DNA of 64,000 nucleotides from Lingula anatina (GCA_051362555.1 CM120640.1:25034225-25098224); one strand, 5' to 3'; counted from the stretch's first letter, positions 13,689 through 29,800 are shown. Program-made: numbers and translations. Notes: generated from the letters alone by a model not told the origin.

Positions 13689-16600
13689 AAGAGCATATCT
13701 AAATAATTAATCCTCATTACAAAAACAAAACAGGCGACAGTGTTCAGTAAGGGTCTAGTGTGAGCACAGCTTAATTACGTACTTTTACCTCTGGAGCTGT
13801 CACAGTCGATTTAGCCAAACAAGTCTTTATCACACCTGTCTTGCAATATCTTCAAATCTAAACAACTGGGGAAGTTGAGAAAATAACGTTAAGTGGGCTA
13901 GATCATGATAAGGTACAATGAAGCTTGTAAACTGCATGATGTACCTGGATGCATGAAACAAGCTGTATCACTGATAGATGAATTAGAAAAAAGATTTTTT
14001 TTTAAATTTCAAATACTACCAAATATATTTCATATTGGCCTGTCAGTAAGATAATTTGATAAGGCCTTACCCTATTTCTTTTCTTTTTTCGTAGTAAGAT
14101 ATATATATCCAGTCATTGCAGCCTATTTAAAATGAGTGTAAAAAATACTGTGCTGATTGGCTGAGAGTTGCCGATGACTGACAGCCAGCAATTGGCCAAT
14201 TACTGGCAGGTGACAGTTCGTTCCAGTTTCAGGCGTTTATTGTGGTTAAATACATTTGATATTGTATTTCCTTAAACAGTGAGGATAGATAATATTAACA
14301 ATTAATTTGTCTTTATCATAAAGAGGAAATTTTGCCTTACTCCTGAGTAATGTTATCACAAAGAAATTAGTCTCCAGTTCTATTAAGTCAATGGACCTCG
14401 TCTCATTAGATTGCATTCCAATATCCTAGGATCTCTTTCCACCTACGCCAGTAATATACGAGTGGGAAGACTCGCTCTTGTAATTTCACTTTGAACAACT
14501 TAGTCAATACCCTTCCCACACAAAAAAGATATGATACACTACACCTGATGAAATCCAGGGAAAAGGAGAAAGGAAAGGGTGGTCAACCTTTTCATTTACC
14601 ATGTGATCAGATACAGATACACGTACCTCATTCCTCCTCTTTTGTTTCCAGGGGTGCTTATCGCATTATATTATCTCAACCTGGATGTTCATTTGACACT
14701 TTTACAGTATTATCTACGACTAAAATCAATAGATTTGAAAGGCAAAGTGTGAACATTTACATACCATGCTAGTGGTTGGCGTTTTCATTTCAAAATGGCA
14801 GGGTGCTGTATCAAGACAGATCTACAGGTGACAGCTTCATCTAGGTTTTCGTCTTCTGAATTGTTTTTACTTATTTAATGATCATTAGTATTATTATTAT
14901 TATGCTTTGGTTCCTTGGTTGGTTAAAATTATTTAAGAATGGGATTTCATTTCATAGACCAAATTTGAACTTCATGTAATTGCAATCTTGAGGCACATTA
15001 ATACAAGTATTGGACCCAACTGGGGACAGCAGACTTGACTGTAACCCCCTGACTTTGCAATTATTTATAATTATCAAATGTAATAATTATCTACCCTTTT
15101 ATATGGAGTAATTGCAATCATTTTGTACCTTAGCAGACATACTGATCCTCTCTTAAAAAGACATAAAATGTTTAGTATATACTGCATTCATTACTGATGA
15201 AAAGCAAAGACACTTTATATCACAAGAAGTTGAGGTTATTCAAAGTTATAAACTCAAACAGAATAACGAAAAGTCAGTATCTATTATTCCAAAGTAATTT
15301 CTTGTTTTTTTTTACATTTCCCACAATACATCTCATTCAATGATTTAAGCAACTCTTAATAAAATGAAAACTGAAGCAAAATAACAGCCGATAAGCGAGA
15401 TAACACAGATAAGTGGAACAAATTTGTTTTGTGACAATCAAATAACTTTCAAAAAACTGAAAGTTCAAGGCTATTCACATTGCATAACAAAAACAAAATG
15501 TCCTTGAACCAGCAAAGATGTCACCCCTAAGTTCTTGTGGAAGTCTAATTGACATAACCAGACCCTGGCATGAACTTAATATGCTATGAGATTAAATTAA
15601 AGACTTGTTTGTGCTATGGATTAAGACACGACAAAAAATTTAATCAATGTGTTTTCTACCATCTGATTCATGATCATCCTCTTAAGCTGTACATGAAATA
15701 CCGCAGCAAATTAAACAACCAATCTGTAATATTTAGAAGGCTCTTCAAGTCTCCAAGGCAAAATTGTTTCATTCAAGTATGGACAAAAAGGGAGTTCTTC
15801 ATTCCTTTAGGTATTGCCACCACACATATGGCATGTTATGATATGTGTGCCATATTCCCTTGGGATATAAAACATTTTACTTAAACAGAAACCATTACAG
15901 TCCCAGCGTTTTCAGATATCTTGTTTTGTTTCAACCATCTAAGACTGCATTCTCACAGATTTTAGATCTATTTATCCCCGTGGGAGTCTCACTAGATTAC
16001 TGTCAGCTTACACCCCATTTCCATAGATTAGATCGACCTACTTTAGATCGACGTAACTCTCTGGGGGTTCACGCTTAATAGCTGTCAGCCGGGCGGACAC
16101 GAAAGTTAATTACCCCCTTACAGCTTGTAGTAGGCGGGACGGGCATTTAAGTCGGATTATCTGAAAGTAATCTAGTGAGACTCCTCGCGGAGATAGATCG
16201 ATCTAAAATCTATGGGAATAGAGCCTTAGCCTGCTTATATGCCTGTCCCGCCTACTAAAAGCTGTAAGGGGTAATTAACATCGGTGCATGTTCGGCTGAC
16301 AGCAATTTAGCGTGAACCCCCAGGGAGTTAGGTTGATCCAGATGGATCGATCTAAATCTGTGGAAATGCAGTCTAAGTAATATTCAGAAAAGAAATATGT
16401 CCACTTACCTCTTGGTCCATTATGTTGTTCAAAACCTCTAATTTGTTTTGCAGTTCAAGGGCCTCTCCTTCTGGAAGATCTGTAGAAAGTCAAGTTTGGT
16501 AAATTTATGTGATATACATTGACAGAATTGGATGATTTGTACAAAAACACAATGACAAAAGAGAATAGTAACACATTGAACATTTCCAAGCAAGATCCAT

Positions 16601-18396
16601 TTACTTTTGTGAGGACATTTCACCTACTAAATGACAATACTTTTTATGAGACACAACATTGAAACAAAACATATCTAATTCTAATTTTACATTTTTATTT
16701 TGACAACTTCCCTTTTTACTTTTTAAATCTAAATCATGCCGTTTTTTCCAACTGAATAAAATCTTATATTAACCACCACTTATGTTTTTCATTTTGTTAT
16801 AAAACATAAACATTTCCCAAAACAAAACACACCGAGGAATAACTCAGTTGTACTGAGCTTTATAACTGACATGGATGTAAGCACTAACAATTACAATAAC
16901 TTTAATTTTCTTTCTTTTTTAAATTCTAATAAAAATTATTTTATTTGCCATGATATTTATTAACACAAACACTTACATGTAATAGGAAATACATATGACA
17001 AAAAATTTAAACTAATTATATGATTAAATGATAATATAATAACATACAGTAAAATGAGTAGAACACATAAAACTGAATTTCATTTTTCAACATATTGCTG
17101 TGTTGAGGAAGTGAGTAAAATAAATTTTTAAAAAATTGATAAAATAATCACAACAAGCCTTTTTTTTCAACTTGATCAATGTTTAATCCCTAGTGAGGAC
17201 TTAAGCAAGTTTAAAGCAAAATGATGACTCTAATTATAAATTGAAGAAAGTTCAAGATACTGCACAGACAGGCAAAGATGATGACTTAAAGTAAAAACAC
17301 AAAAATGACTATATATAAAGATGAAATTAAAATAAATCACAGAAATTATTGACTGGGGTTATAAAACTGTTATGAAATACAACATACTAAAATTCAATTA
17401 AGGTTTATAACCATAAGAGAATTAGTGAGAAAAGTGCAATGTTTTATTCCACTAGGAAAGTGAAAGCCTAGGCTTTCCGAAACCGTAAGTACTTGGTGAA
17501 CTTATGTTTCTCCGTAGTGCACTAATTAATCCTCAATATATACTGGTGAATACACATGCAAAATTAGACTTATAGATCTAGTTTTATGGATTATAAGTAT
17601 ACAAATACACACAGAGAAAGGCAGTGCTCTTCTTGTTCAATTTTATCTTAAGGCAAAACTAGACAGTAAGTAACCTTGCAGAGCCACAACAATGAATTGC
17701 AAACCTTCAGTGAAGGCATCAAGTAATGTAGAAAGCAGAATATCAGTTAGTAAAAATCATGGAGTACTTACCGCCTAGTATGTGCAATAAAAAACAAAGT
17801 GAGCCGTAAAAAATATGGTAACTACTTACTGTTAGCCATCACCATTAAATGACTAACGTCATTCATTAAGTAACTGTGACATATACAACTGTGGCAATAT
17901 ATATATTTAAAGGCAATCATTAAATCCTCTTGTATTACATAGGCGAGGAATAACTTTCATGAACAGATTTTAATCTCATAATTGAAATTTCTATAGGAAC
18001 ATGTAAAGTATCCATCAAAGCAAAAAACAACTTGTGACAAAACACTTCCAAGTGAAAAACATAATTTTGCAAAACATTTTTCCACCTAACAGATGCTACT
18101 GTAATATACAGGTTAAGACAGAAGAGTAACTAAATTTTGAATATTATTGTGAAAAATAAATAAATAAATAAATTTTTAAAAAATTAGGCTATTCATATCT
18201 TATTTGCAAGTACAAACTAACAGGTTATTTATATAATTACTCATTATCCAGATACCCTCTGATTCTATTAGAATATTAGACTCTCCCAATATTAACTCAT
18301 GCAACCATGATTTTTCATGCAGCAGAATGCTATGGTATAATACATATGCCCATTATATGCTACCCTATATTTGAAAGATAAGATATAGCCACATGC

Positions 18397-18437
<41 letters not shown>

Positions 18438-21400
18438 CAAAAGAGAGCAACATACCACAGGGTAGTTCAAATCTTGCATCTATGAGCACACTATTTTCTG
18501 TTGGACCTCTGGTTCCACAAATCTCTCCATTTCTGATCACCACCTCACTGAACAGCTGAAGCCACTTGCCATCAGTCTCCTGGAAAGAATTTGTTTCAGT
18601 CAGATAGTGATACAACAAAATACAACAAATTTAACTACATAACATATGATAAAATGTCTAAACACCATGCTCAAAGGTTTCCTTGAACTTTATTTTAAAC
18701 CAAGTATAATTTTTACATTTCATAATTCTGCAAAAAAGAGAATAAGGCTGCAACATAGAAATGTAGGGTCTGAATATCTTCATTTGGACTAAGTGCTTCT
18801 CATTCCTACAAGAAGTTTGATGGAAAATGGATTTTCTGTTTTCCAGTCATAACAGTAAAATGTTGTAACATAGCAAAATAACTGGTAAATTCTCTTATCT
18901 CTTGTTAACCAAAGTAGTTTTAAAGAAAAATTTTCTATACAGTAATATAAATGGGAAAAAACAAAAAATCAGTTTCTTATTATAGGTTTGCATGTCATTT
19001 TTTTAACTACTTAAAACAGTGTGCATTCAGGGAGTTAAAAAGCACACACGCACACGCACACACACACACACACACACACATCAGTTAGTCATTTAACAAA
19101 CATGTACTATCTCCACAAAACATGCTGATCAGTGAGAAAATGGGGGGGGGGGGGGGGGCTGATAGAGCTTTAACAAAATCACAATCACAGTTTGGTGGTT
19201 GTTGGTCCTGGGTCTACATGTAGTTAAAATCTATGGTTTTCCAACAGGGGTGATGGCTGTTTATATTACCATACCGTGTTAGAATGTGGGATCTTCATCA
19301 GTGGCAGCCAGTGTGTCCCCATTAGTTTGTCCCACAGCATGCCTTTGTTCCACAGCTCTATGATCAGACCAGAGTCCATTCTATTGGTCTCACTGAAAAA
19401 CAAATCAATCAATAGTGTAAGAATAGTGAAATGAGCACAGAGAGAGTAAAAAGAGTCGTGCAACCATGCATTGGTCAGGAGACATCCTGGAACTGAACTA
19501 AGTAAATTCAATCATTCCTTGGAGAATTGTAAGAGGATAATATGTCCCCTCCATTATTTAGAACACTTTTATCAACAACTTTTGCCTTCTTGTAATACTG
19601 AGCCATGGCATTGGTTGAGTGAAAGTCAATAGGGAGATGATTTAAACCTCATTCCACCTCCATTCAGACAATAAACTACAAGTATTTAAGGTGCAACACC
19701 TGAAACACCAATTTGGCATCCAAAATAGAAAATCACTAACTTTATGAGTACATTTTGACATGTTAATTGTTGTTATTATATGTAACGTGATTGAGTGGCA
19801 AATTTAGATATTTCTTGATATCAATTTTAACTTGAAAAAAAAAAACACAGATATCTGATTTCATTTTTTAATTTTTTTTATTATGAATTTTTTAACAACA
19901 AAAGACCTTGCCCCTACTTTGGTTGGGCAATTTTGCAGACTTCTGTATTAAGTAGATAAACACCAATCTCACTACTGCTAAAATTCACCAACAGAGTATG
20001 ATCACCTACAACATCATTTCAGTAACTGAGCAAAAAAAAAAATTTTCTTCTAATCATGCTAGTATTCCTATAACACATGCTGCCCAAATGGCAATATTCC
20101 AGTGTTATCTTTCCCCTTCAAGATGACAAAAGAAAACAATGTAGTTCAATTGTTACCAGACAAAGGCATCAAATTTTGAAAAAAAAATGACATTTAAATT
20201 ATGGAAAAGATTCATTTGTGAGTGAAAATGTCGTCTTCTACATTTGTAATAACACTGTTGGGCACTGTTCAGAAACTTGGTTTGGCTGGCAATCATTATC
20301 AAATAACATTCCAGATCCCAAACAAAAGAGACAAAGTTCAGACATACTATGGCAAAACTGATTCAAAATATCAGGGTGTTATCAGACAAATATTCAACAC
20401 ATACATATACAAAAGATCCAATGAAGTCATTTGGACATTTGTGTTCTCGTAGTCTTGACCAACTCTTTGGCGTGCATCTACTGCAGGGTGCACTGTTGTC
20501 ATTAATGCAAGTATTTCCAAAGGACAAGGCAGCAAAGCTGTCAAATGTACAGACAAAAAGCAGACAATAACAAGGCACAAAACAGGCTACTGTCAATTCT
20601 GATGCAAAAGTACATTATGCTTAACTGCAAATTCAACATCAAATTTTAATTATGCTCAACAGGTAATACCAATGTAAGTGAAATGTGAAACAAGCGTAAG
20701 GCTTCGAGCCCATGGGAGTTTAAGTTCACACTTTGAATATGCCAGAATGAGAAAAATGAAAATTTCACATAAAACTGCTTAAATTCAATAATAAATGATA
20801 ACCCATTTGAGCTGGCTTTCTTATTTGAACTGCATGCCAATCCTACCAATCATACTTGTAAGTTGAAATTACTAATAAGTAACAGTTTTCTTTTCATAAT
20901 GTTTGTAGTAGCAGTGCAAAAAGATTTTTGTCAATTTTGATGTAACATTACATAATAAATTACAGAATAATTATCACCAATTTTTGATTATTGACTATAA
21001 ATAGCATGGACAAGTAGAAAATTTGATTACCATTTGGCTTCATGTCCATGGGAGCTTCGAGTCCCACAATGAATATGCCAACATGATAAAAATGAATATT
21101 TCACTAAAATGTATATCTTCCAGAAAAAGAAGCCAATTAGACTGCTTTTCCAGCTCAGGCTGCATTTTAGTCCTTTGTTTCTTTTTTGAAAGTTTGACAA
21201 TCATAAGTAACATGGTTTTCCCACAATGGTCATCATGGCAGCAGCTCCCAAAATTGTGTTTTCTTCTATTTTAATGCAATATTACATAATGCTTAACAGC
21301 ATAATGACCATCAGTTTTTAATAATAAAAGATCCGTATCATGGATTTTCAGAAAATGTGATTAGCATGGGTCTTCAAGCTCATGGAGGTTCTTAAGTCAC

Positions 21401-24400
21401 ACCTTGAAAATGCCAATATGTGAAAAATTAAATTTTCACAAAAAAAAAAAAAAAAACAGTTTAACTGCCAGAAAAATTTACCAAACAAACTGCATTGCCC
21501 ACTGAAGCTTTATTTAAGTCCCATGTTTCTTTCCTGTAAGTTTGAGAACAGTAAGTGACATGGTTTTGCATAAATGGTCATCATGGGAGCAGTGTCCAAA
21601 ATAGGTGTGTCTTCAAATTTTGATGCAATATTACATAATGTTTAACAGGATAATTACCATCAAATTTTAATAATAAAATATTAGTATCATGGATATTCAG
21701 AAAATGTTCCTAGCAAAGGTCTTCAGGACCAAGGAACTTCAAAGTCACACCTTGAAAATGCCAAAATGTAGACAAGGCAGCACTGTCCTGAAATGTGTTT
21801 TTTTCCATTTTTAACAATTTTTTAACATATAACAAAATTAACAATTTACTGCCATTTTTATATGATCAACTAAGAAAATTGATGAGATAGGAAAAATATC
21901 AATAGAACAGTGTTAAATGTCCAATTTCCTCCATTCTGAGATTCTGAACATAGTGAATGAATGAATCTGACAAACTGCTATGATATGAGTTTATTTCCAT
22001 TTTTGAAACTCTATTATACAATACATGATAACAAGTTTACCATCATTTTTACATAATCAACTAACAATGTTGTAAAGATGCAGGAAATGTCAAACAAACA
22101 CTTTTACAAATCTTATTAGTTAAATAATGAGACTGTTAACATGCCTAAGAATTGAATCTGAGGAAATGTGAAAAAACAGCATAACTTATAAAATAATGGT
22201 CCGATTATGCTGATTTTCGAACTTGACCTGCGTTTTAGTAAGATTAATTACTCCTGTGAGTTTCATGACAACAGGTTTATCGGTTTTCCTTGAAATGTGT
22301 TAACAGTGTTGCACATATGCTCAAAAGTGAAAAAAACAGCATAACTACTAAAATAGTGGCCCGATCATGCTGATTTTCGAACTTGATCTGCGTTTTAGTA
22401 AGATTGATTACTCCTGTGAGTTTCATGACAACAGGCCTATCTGTTTTCCTTGAAATGTGTTAACAGTGTTGTATATATGCTAAAAAGTGAAAAAACAGCA
22501 TAAATTCTACAATAATGGCCCGATCATGCTGATTTTCGAACTTGACCTGTGTTTTATGAATATTAGTCAGCTCTGTAAATGTTAGGCCAAAAAGTAAAAC
22601 CGTCTTCCACTTATGGTGTTAACGCTGAAAGTGCACGGCGACGGCGACATGATCGGCGACGGCGACGGCGACGACAGACGCAGGTGATGGCAATATGTAC
22701 AGACACATCTGTGTCTGTACATAAAAAAGGACAAATATTACTACGCTTTGTTTAACTTGATCTGCTGTGGTGGATAATAAGATGAGGAACCAGTTGATAC
22801 GATCGCCTTGGGAAGGTTGTCACAATACACTAGATAGAGGTTTTAACAGAATTGCTCAATTACAGAATTCCAGGAAATAATACAATACCCAATTTTTCTT
22901 GATTGCCATTTTTCACGTACACCAATCACACTGTCAAAATGAGTTTATAATGGTGATTTTGGTTATCATGACATTAGTATTCCAATTATATTCCCAACTA
23001 TTGTCACAAGCATCTCTGTGTCATTTACGTGTCCCAAAAATCCAACTCATACACTTTGCCATGTAACAAATAAACTACTTCAACTGACAACATGACTTGT
23101 TTTCATATCGCATAAAGAAAACCTTATCTCTTGAAATAACAAAGGATCTCCCAGGTTTTTCTATCCCTATATCAACTTAATAACTGACTGACTGACACAC
23201 TGACTGATTAATTAACTAAATAAATACAGGCTGCTAACATTCTTTTGTCTTCCCAATCAGGTCAAAAGAACACAGGGGAAAAACCTTCATTCCCCGCTTA
23301 CCACCAGTGGGTGAAATCAAAAACCATCCACTAATAAATCTTTTGTATTTTAATTGACAAAAAAACCCGATCCCGACAGGTGAAATTTTGTGATAAATGA
23401 CATCAAACAGCAATTTAATCATTTCCTTTCTGCACTGCCTATCGGTTGCTGTGTGATTTTAGCCAGGGCTAACAAAGCTGTTTCCCAGAACAGGTATACA
23501 CTTTCCCAGGAATCAGATAAGGCCTACTTGACACCTTTATGATTTCTAAATGGGATTTACGCTGCATTGTGTCAGGACGCACACAAAAAATCCCAATGAT
23601 TTTTAACATTAACCACCTGCATTATTACGATAGAAAACTATACTCATAAAATGCTGCCAGTTTTGTTGCAAACAATGCACTGCCTACCTATAGGGTATTT
23701 ATCTTTTATCAATTTTGTATGATGTTTTTATAGGATGGGCTGGCACACAAATAGATACAAACTCCCCTTGAGGAATGGACTGAGGCACGTTTAGAGACTT
23801 ATTGATCAGTCTAATCAGAGCAAAGGCACCAGTTGGTCTTCTTTAAACAAATGCCTTGTCCAGTAAGAAGCCATATTGTACTCTTAATCTAGACAACATC
23901 AAAGCTACAAAAATTGATATACAACCACTCAGGCTATAAAGGTCAACAATTCTGGTACCCACACTTCTCATGAAATACAGCCATTTTCTCATCGTAGCTG
24001 CATTTTACGACATTGTTTGGGCTTCTTCCCTCATCATGGAAATTGTCAAGAAGCTCAAAAAATTTCTTGTCAGGCTTCTTCCATGTGATGTAGGTTGTGG
24101 TTGTGTGTCGTGGGGTTATTTGACACTTCTTGTGAGATTAGCATAGTCGGCAGTAAATAGTTCTGTTATCTGCTCTGCCATGACACGATGACAGGGAATT
24201 TATCAACATCAACATCCTAGGTCCCTAGTTAACCTTCTAACCTTGAGTTTTTTTTTTATCCCTAATCATAGGTTACTTAACACTCCTAAGCTTATTTATG
24301 CATTTAGGAAAAATACAATAATATACAAACATAGCTACTTCACACTTCTAAGCTTTTTTTTTTTTTTTTTTTTTTTTTTGTTAAGGGCCAAATAAATTGC

Positions 24401-26801
24401 ACATTATGCAATCGGTCTCATTCCAAGTACTTTTTTCCTGAAAAACAAGACTTCACCTCAAAAACACTTTTTTTCGTAATAATGCAAACCAACTATTCCT
24501 GTGCTTCACTTAATTAATTCTAGCATTTTATGCACATGAAGCTGCCAGATTTTATTTCACCAATATCGGGTCTCCTGTTTTCCATGGTATAATATGTTGC
24601 TTCCTAATGCTCTTGAGATTAAGTTGCCTGAAAATGGGCATACATGGTGTCTGCAAATGTCACGTCAAGAAAACTTCCACTTGACGGCAATCATTATCAC
24701 TTCGACCATCATTTTTTCAAAATTTTTCGACAAAAAGTGTGCCTTAGGACTTGTGTGTTGATTTACATGAGGCACAATCTAGCCCGTGTCTGGACTGGTC
24801 TTTAAGTTTATCTACATTGCTTACATGGATGAGTATTGAACTCCATGAATTTATACATAGCACAATTTTAGATATGTTTTTATTTCATTGACTGAAGTTA
24901 AACGATCTTTCTTACATATTTTTTTTACTATTGATTCCTAAATATTTTCTGATAACTTTATTCAATTATTATCAATAGAAGCCCTGCTCCAAGAGCTATA
25001 ATGTTATCAGGTGATGATGATTACTGTACATAGCACTCGCTCAAGCTTGGTTCACAACGAGGTTCAGCAACCAACTCTGACTGATTGCAATCAATATTTG
25101 TAAACTTCTGCTGAATCCATATTGAATCACAACCAAATTATGGCTAGATGTAGGTGGAGAGGCTCTACATGACAGAGTGCAAGTGAATATTGCCACTTGG
25201 TTAGAGCTTAAGCTAGCTTCCACTAGCTCTCTCACTAGTCTCACTACCACATACAGTGTTCTCCTGCTGCATGGACGGCAGATCTGTATCTGGCTGCTAT
25301 TGATTTCCTGACATTACCCAGAAATGAAATTACAAGTAATGGCCTCTCATCTAGAGGTCTCATTCGCCTAAATAACTAAATGCCATTTTTATTTATGGTT
25401 CAGGATGTCATGTAAAGAGGTTGGTACAACTCCACCAGGTACCCTCTCAACAGGTTGATTATGAAGCTTCTTTTTCTTTGAGATATTTCCATCAGTGACA
25501 TCATAATTCTTAAACTGAAAAGCACTGATGTCCTACCAGACAAGTTTTTTTTTTTTACTGTCACTACAAATTAATTGGAATGCTTAACCCAAAAAGAAGG
25601 CCTATTTAAACAAATGAGTATGTGTAAGGAATTTCAAGCGACTTTACTGCTTGAACTGTCTTTAATTTTCTCTTCTGCTTGAAAATACTAGACAAATTAA
25701 CAAAAGATTGTACATAGCTTTTTTTTCTTTTGAAGATTACTTACTTAAAATATAGTAAAATTTACAGGTTTTTAGTAACCAGTTCTAGATGGGGAAATTA
25801 AATTTTACCATCTAAATAGTTTAATAGTTTAATTTGCTTTCAATGCTTGTCATCTTTCGGATATCTATAGAGGAATACAAGTTGGTAGTTTTTCTTATCA
25901 AATTTGAAGGTAAACTGAGAGGTTTTACAGACTCATTATCCAGGTAAACTATATCATTTCTTAACCCCATGCTGCTGTTGAGTAATTATGATATTCAAAA
26001 AAATTCATCAAAACCAAGTCAATTCAATAATTTTTAACGTCCATATAAAACAACTGTTAAGTTGATCAGATTTATCAAAAGTTTTATTAAAACCAAAAGA
26101 TATATAATTCTATAACAGCTGTTTAAAAGAATTCATATCCAACATCTGAGTCATTTTGTATCATTGGTATCCAAATGGCCATGGGAGAGTTTGTAACAGA
26201 ATAGAATAGGATATCTGTTACAATACATGTGTCATGTAAACTGTCTCTCATGACAGGTAAATAACAGTTGATGTAGCTGTTTGAGACTCATCTGATCCTG
26301 TGTCAGCACACACCTAGTATTCTTTTTCTTCTTCCTTTTTTTACATAATAAAAAGATCAGTACAGTGTTGTTCTGTTGTTAAACTATGTTCACACATGTA
26401 TTATTCCAACTGAATTAGAAGAAAAAACCTTTACATCTTTAACACATTTGCCTTGAATAATTACTTGAATCAATAACGGTTATTTATGGAAAAATTACGT
26501 CTAGTCACTGCAAAACACCAGAATCATTGACAAATGTTGCAATGGGTCACTGGTCTTAAGAGGATCATCAAAAATTATCGATTGATTAATCATAGCACAG
26601 AATTGATGTAGTAGAGTAATTCAGACCTTGATAGGAACATATTTTCTGCTATAGGATGATACTGTTGCTCTAATATTCTTGTCTTGTTATGTCTATAGGG
26701 CTTTATGGCTGAAATATAAAGATTTCCTCAGTGACAAAGTGTCACAATGATTCCTAATGCCAGTGTTTGCCTAAAAACTTTTGCTCATCACTGCAAGTTT
26801 T

Positions 26802-26844
<43 letters not shown>

Positions 26845-29800
26845 TTTTTGACTAGTCCCCTTGTTTCTAACAATATCATGTCCACTGGTTATAACAACTT
26901 CACCAAAGGAACAAGTAGACTTTATAAATTACCTATTAAAAATACCAGGATGTGGATGCAGATTTTGACTTTTTGACACAAAAAGAAATGGCAGACATAA
27001 TTACAATCAAATTGGATTCAACTTTTCAAAGCATAATAGCTCTGCCAACTGAAAAATAACTTGTTTAAGGTTAAGGTTTTTTTAAAATAAAGCTCATGAT
27101 CAGTAGGATTTTGAATTAAAAATATGACTCTGTCAATAAGCAGTCTTTGAGTTTATCAGACATGGTGCAATCCCATGAGTGGCTGGCATCTATTCACTTG
27201 GATAACATCTTCCCAATCCATAGACATGTTTACACAGTAGCAACTACTGTTAGCATACATTGAACAATGAAGCATTTTGCTAATGCAATCAATTTGACTC
27301 AATTTGTTGGCTGCTGAATCTCACGCAACAGCATTTAAAAAAGTAGAATGCATTGACTGTACTAGTGAACAAGATCAACCTGTTTCAGTTTATATACATT
27401 TAAACCACGGTTTTCAAGCAGAAAATAACAGGATGTGTCATGCTCTATCCCTAGTAAGAGTCACGAAATGCAGAAATGCACGGATGCACTTATACATCAG
27501 GCCCGTGGCCAGGGGGGGTTCGGGGGGTTCGAAAGAACTGCCCCTTTTGTCAGGAAAAGGTCCATTTTGGGTAAAATTTTATGTAGGTACACATAAGTTT
27601 CATTGTAAAAGGTCCACTTATTCAGAAAAAGAACCCCCCTTTTGAATTTGCTGGCTACGGGCCTGTACATGCAATAGAGCATGCCAAGGCCTTCCCTTCA
27701 CTGATTATCTGAAGGTGACAGTCAGTCATCCACCAACATTTGGAAATAACATTTCTTATGGTCTCAGGCTCTACATAAACATATACCCACATACAACACC
27801 ACTCAGTCAGTCATACATATGTGGCAGGAATATTGTTTATTCTAAAGAACCACCCAAATCAAGCTGGTAGAATATTTTTCTTTTATTTGTTAATGCCTAC
27901 ATGTAGTTTTTCTCATTAGAGTAAAACACTTCATCCCATAGTTTATGTTATTACTTCACTAGTCTGAAGTGGATTACATCATTTCTTCCAGATAGCACAG
28001 TTTTGAAGAAATCCAAATAAGCATTCCCCAGCTGTCTTTTCAGGGACACTTTGCCTGAATCGTGGCAAAGTGTGTAGGTGTCGCACACATGCATTCATTG
28101 CTTTCATAGCTTTTGCATATTATGGTATATTAAGGAACTGGTGGGTGGTATGGTAATATCATACCATGCAGTCCACATATCAACCTCTGTCACCTGCTTT
28201 CATCACATCACTGCACAGAAATACAAGAACCACTCCACACTTTTCTCCATCTTTTTGCCCATAAAATGAATTACAGAGAGCCACTCTCCATTATCTATTC
28301 ATCTCTAACCTAGTTAGGTTGGAATTTCCACAAATTATTGATCAGCATAGTTAATTTAAATTTCAAAGCAATCTCTCTGTCTTCTGGGGAATTCAATTTT
28401 CACTGGATCATTTTTTTATTTTTTTATTTTTTTGATGGCCACAAGATGACCATGAGGCAGTGGGTTGTGTTAACTTTGTGTTGGAAATTCCCTGCACTCT
28501 GCAGCTGCTGCTGATCTGGCACCCCTGCCCAACTCCGAGAATCAATGATCTGGTGTGTTTGCTGCACAAAGGCTGAGAGCTATGTATGACTGAATCAACA
28601 GTACACAATACAGGCCACTGTTCATTACTCCCAATTCCCAATAGTAGGACAGGTTTGTGAGGCAGTGCGAGATTAATGTCATCACCTCGTTCTTCCCTTT
28701 CTACTGCCATATAACCATGGAGTGTGTGGCCTATTTCACCATGGTTATTACTAATCACACTGCCTATAACACATGATTCACGACAGAAAATCATTATCGA
28801 AGGTTACCATCAATGGGGAAAGTGACACCAGAGCATGTCATAAATAATGCATTATTCCAAAGATTAGACAACAATAACTATATTGCAATCATGATCATAT
28901 TGGCGAGGGGCATATTTGTTGTGCACACAAAATTGTGGTTTATAAAGGAAAGAAAAAAAAATCTACTTAATACCACAAAGGCATCTTCATTATCCACTGA
29001 TCATTTGACAACTGGATGTAATATTTTGACAAATAGACTCTATATTGTTTATTTCTCAAAAACCAAATGTTTTTGTTTCATCCTTTTTAAAATGCATTCA
29101 TGACCTCCATGTCCTTAGAACAGATTCAGTCTCCTGCTGGTTCAACAGACTTTTTTTGCCACTTATTGAAAGCAGAGGGATGCATTGATAAATATATTAA
29201 TAATGAATAACAAAGCACTTAAAAGATTATCTGTGTTCCAATTACTCTTTTCAGTCAAAAAGGAAAAAAAACATCATGTCTAAACCCAGATTTTTTTATT
29301 ATTTCTATTATTTACCTATTCTTAACTTTTTTATGTATTCACTTTTAAAAATATTTGGAATCATTAAGAGCTATTGTAACAATACTTTATTTTTCTTCAA
29401 AACCTTCATATTAAAGGTCATACAAAAATAACTTGCCTTTACAAAAGATGTGTTAAAAACTACTTTATGGTGATAATCCATTTTTGTATGAGTAAAGAAT
29501 GTACTGTATCAGTAAATCTAATCTTCAATACTGAAAAAATTGGACTGTCACCAATATTCATTCTGAAATTTTGCAGATGAGTCCAATTTCACTCCAGAAA
29601 TATACTTTCTTTAACCTAAATTACATAAATCTGCAAGATAATAATACCTCTTTCAAATATTCCTCTTCATAAATTGCAAGATAATCAACCAAATAAATCA
29701 TGGAACATTTGCTCAATACAGCAAAAGATAAGTCATATCAATGTTGGTGAGCAGTGGCAATAGAAAAAGTAAGTAAAGAGGCTCACACAAGAGGTGGTTT

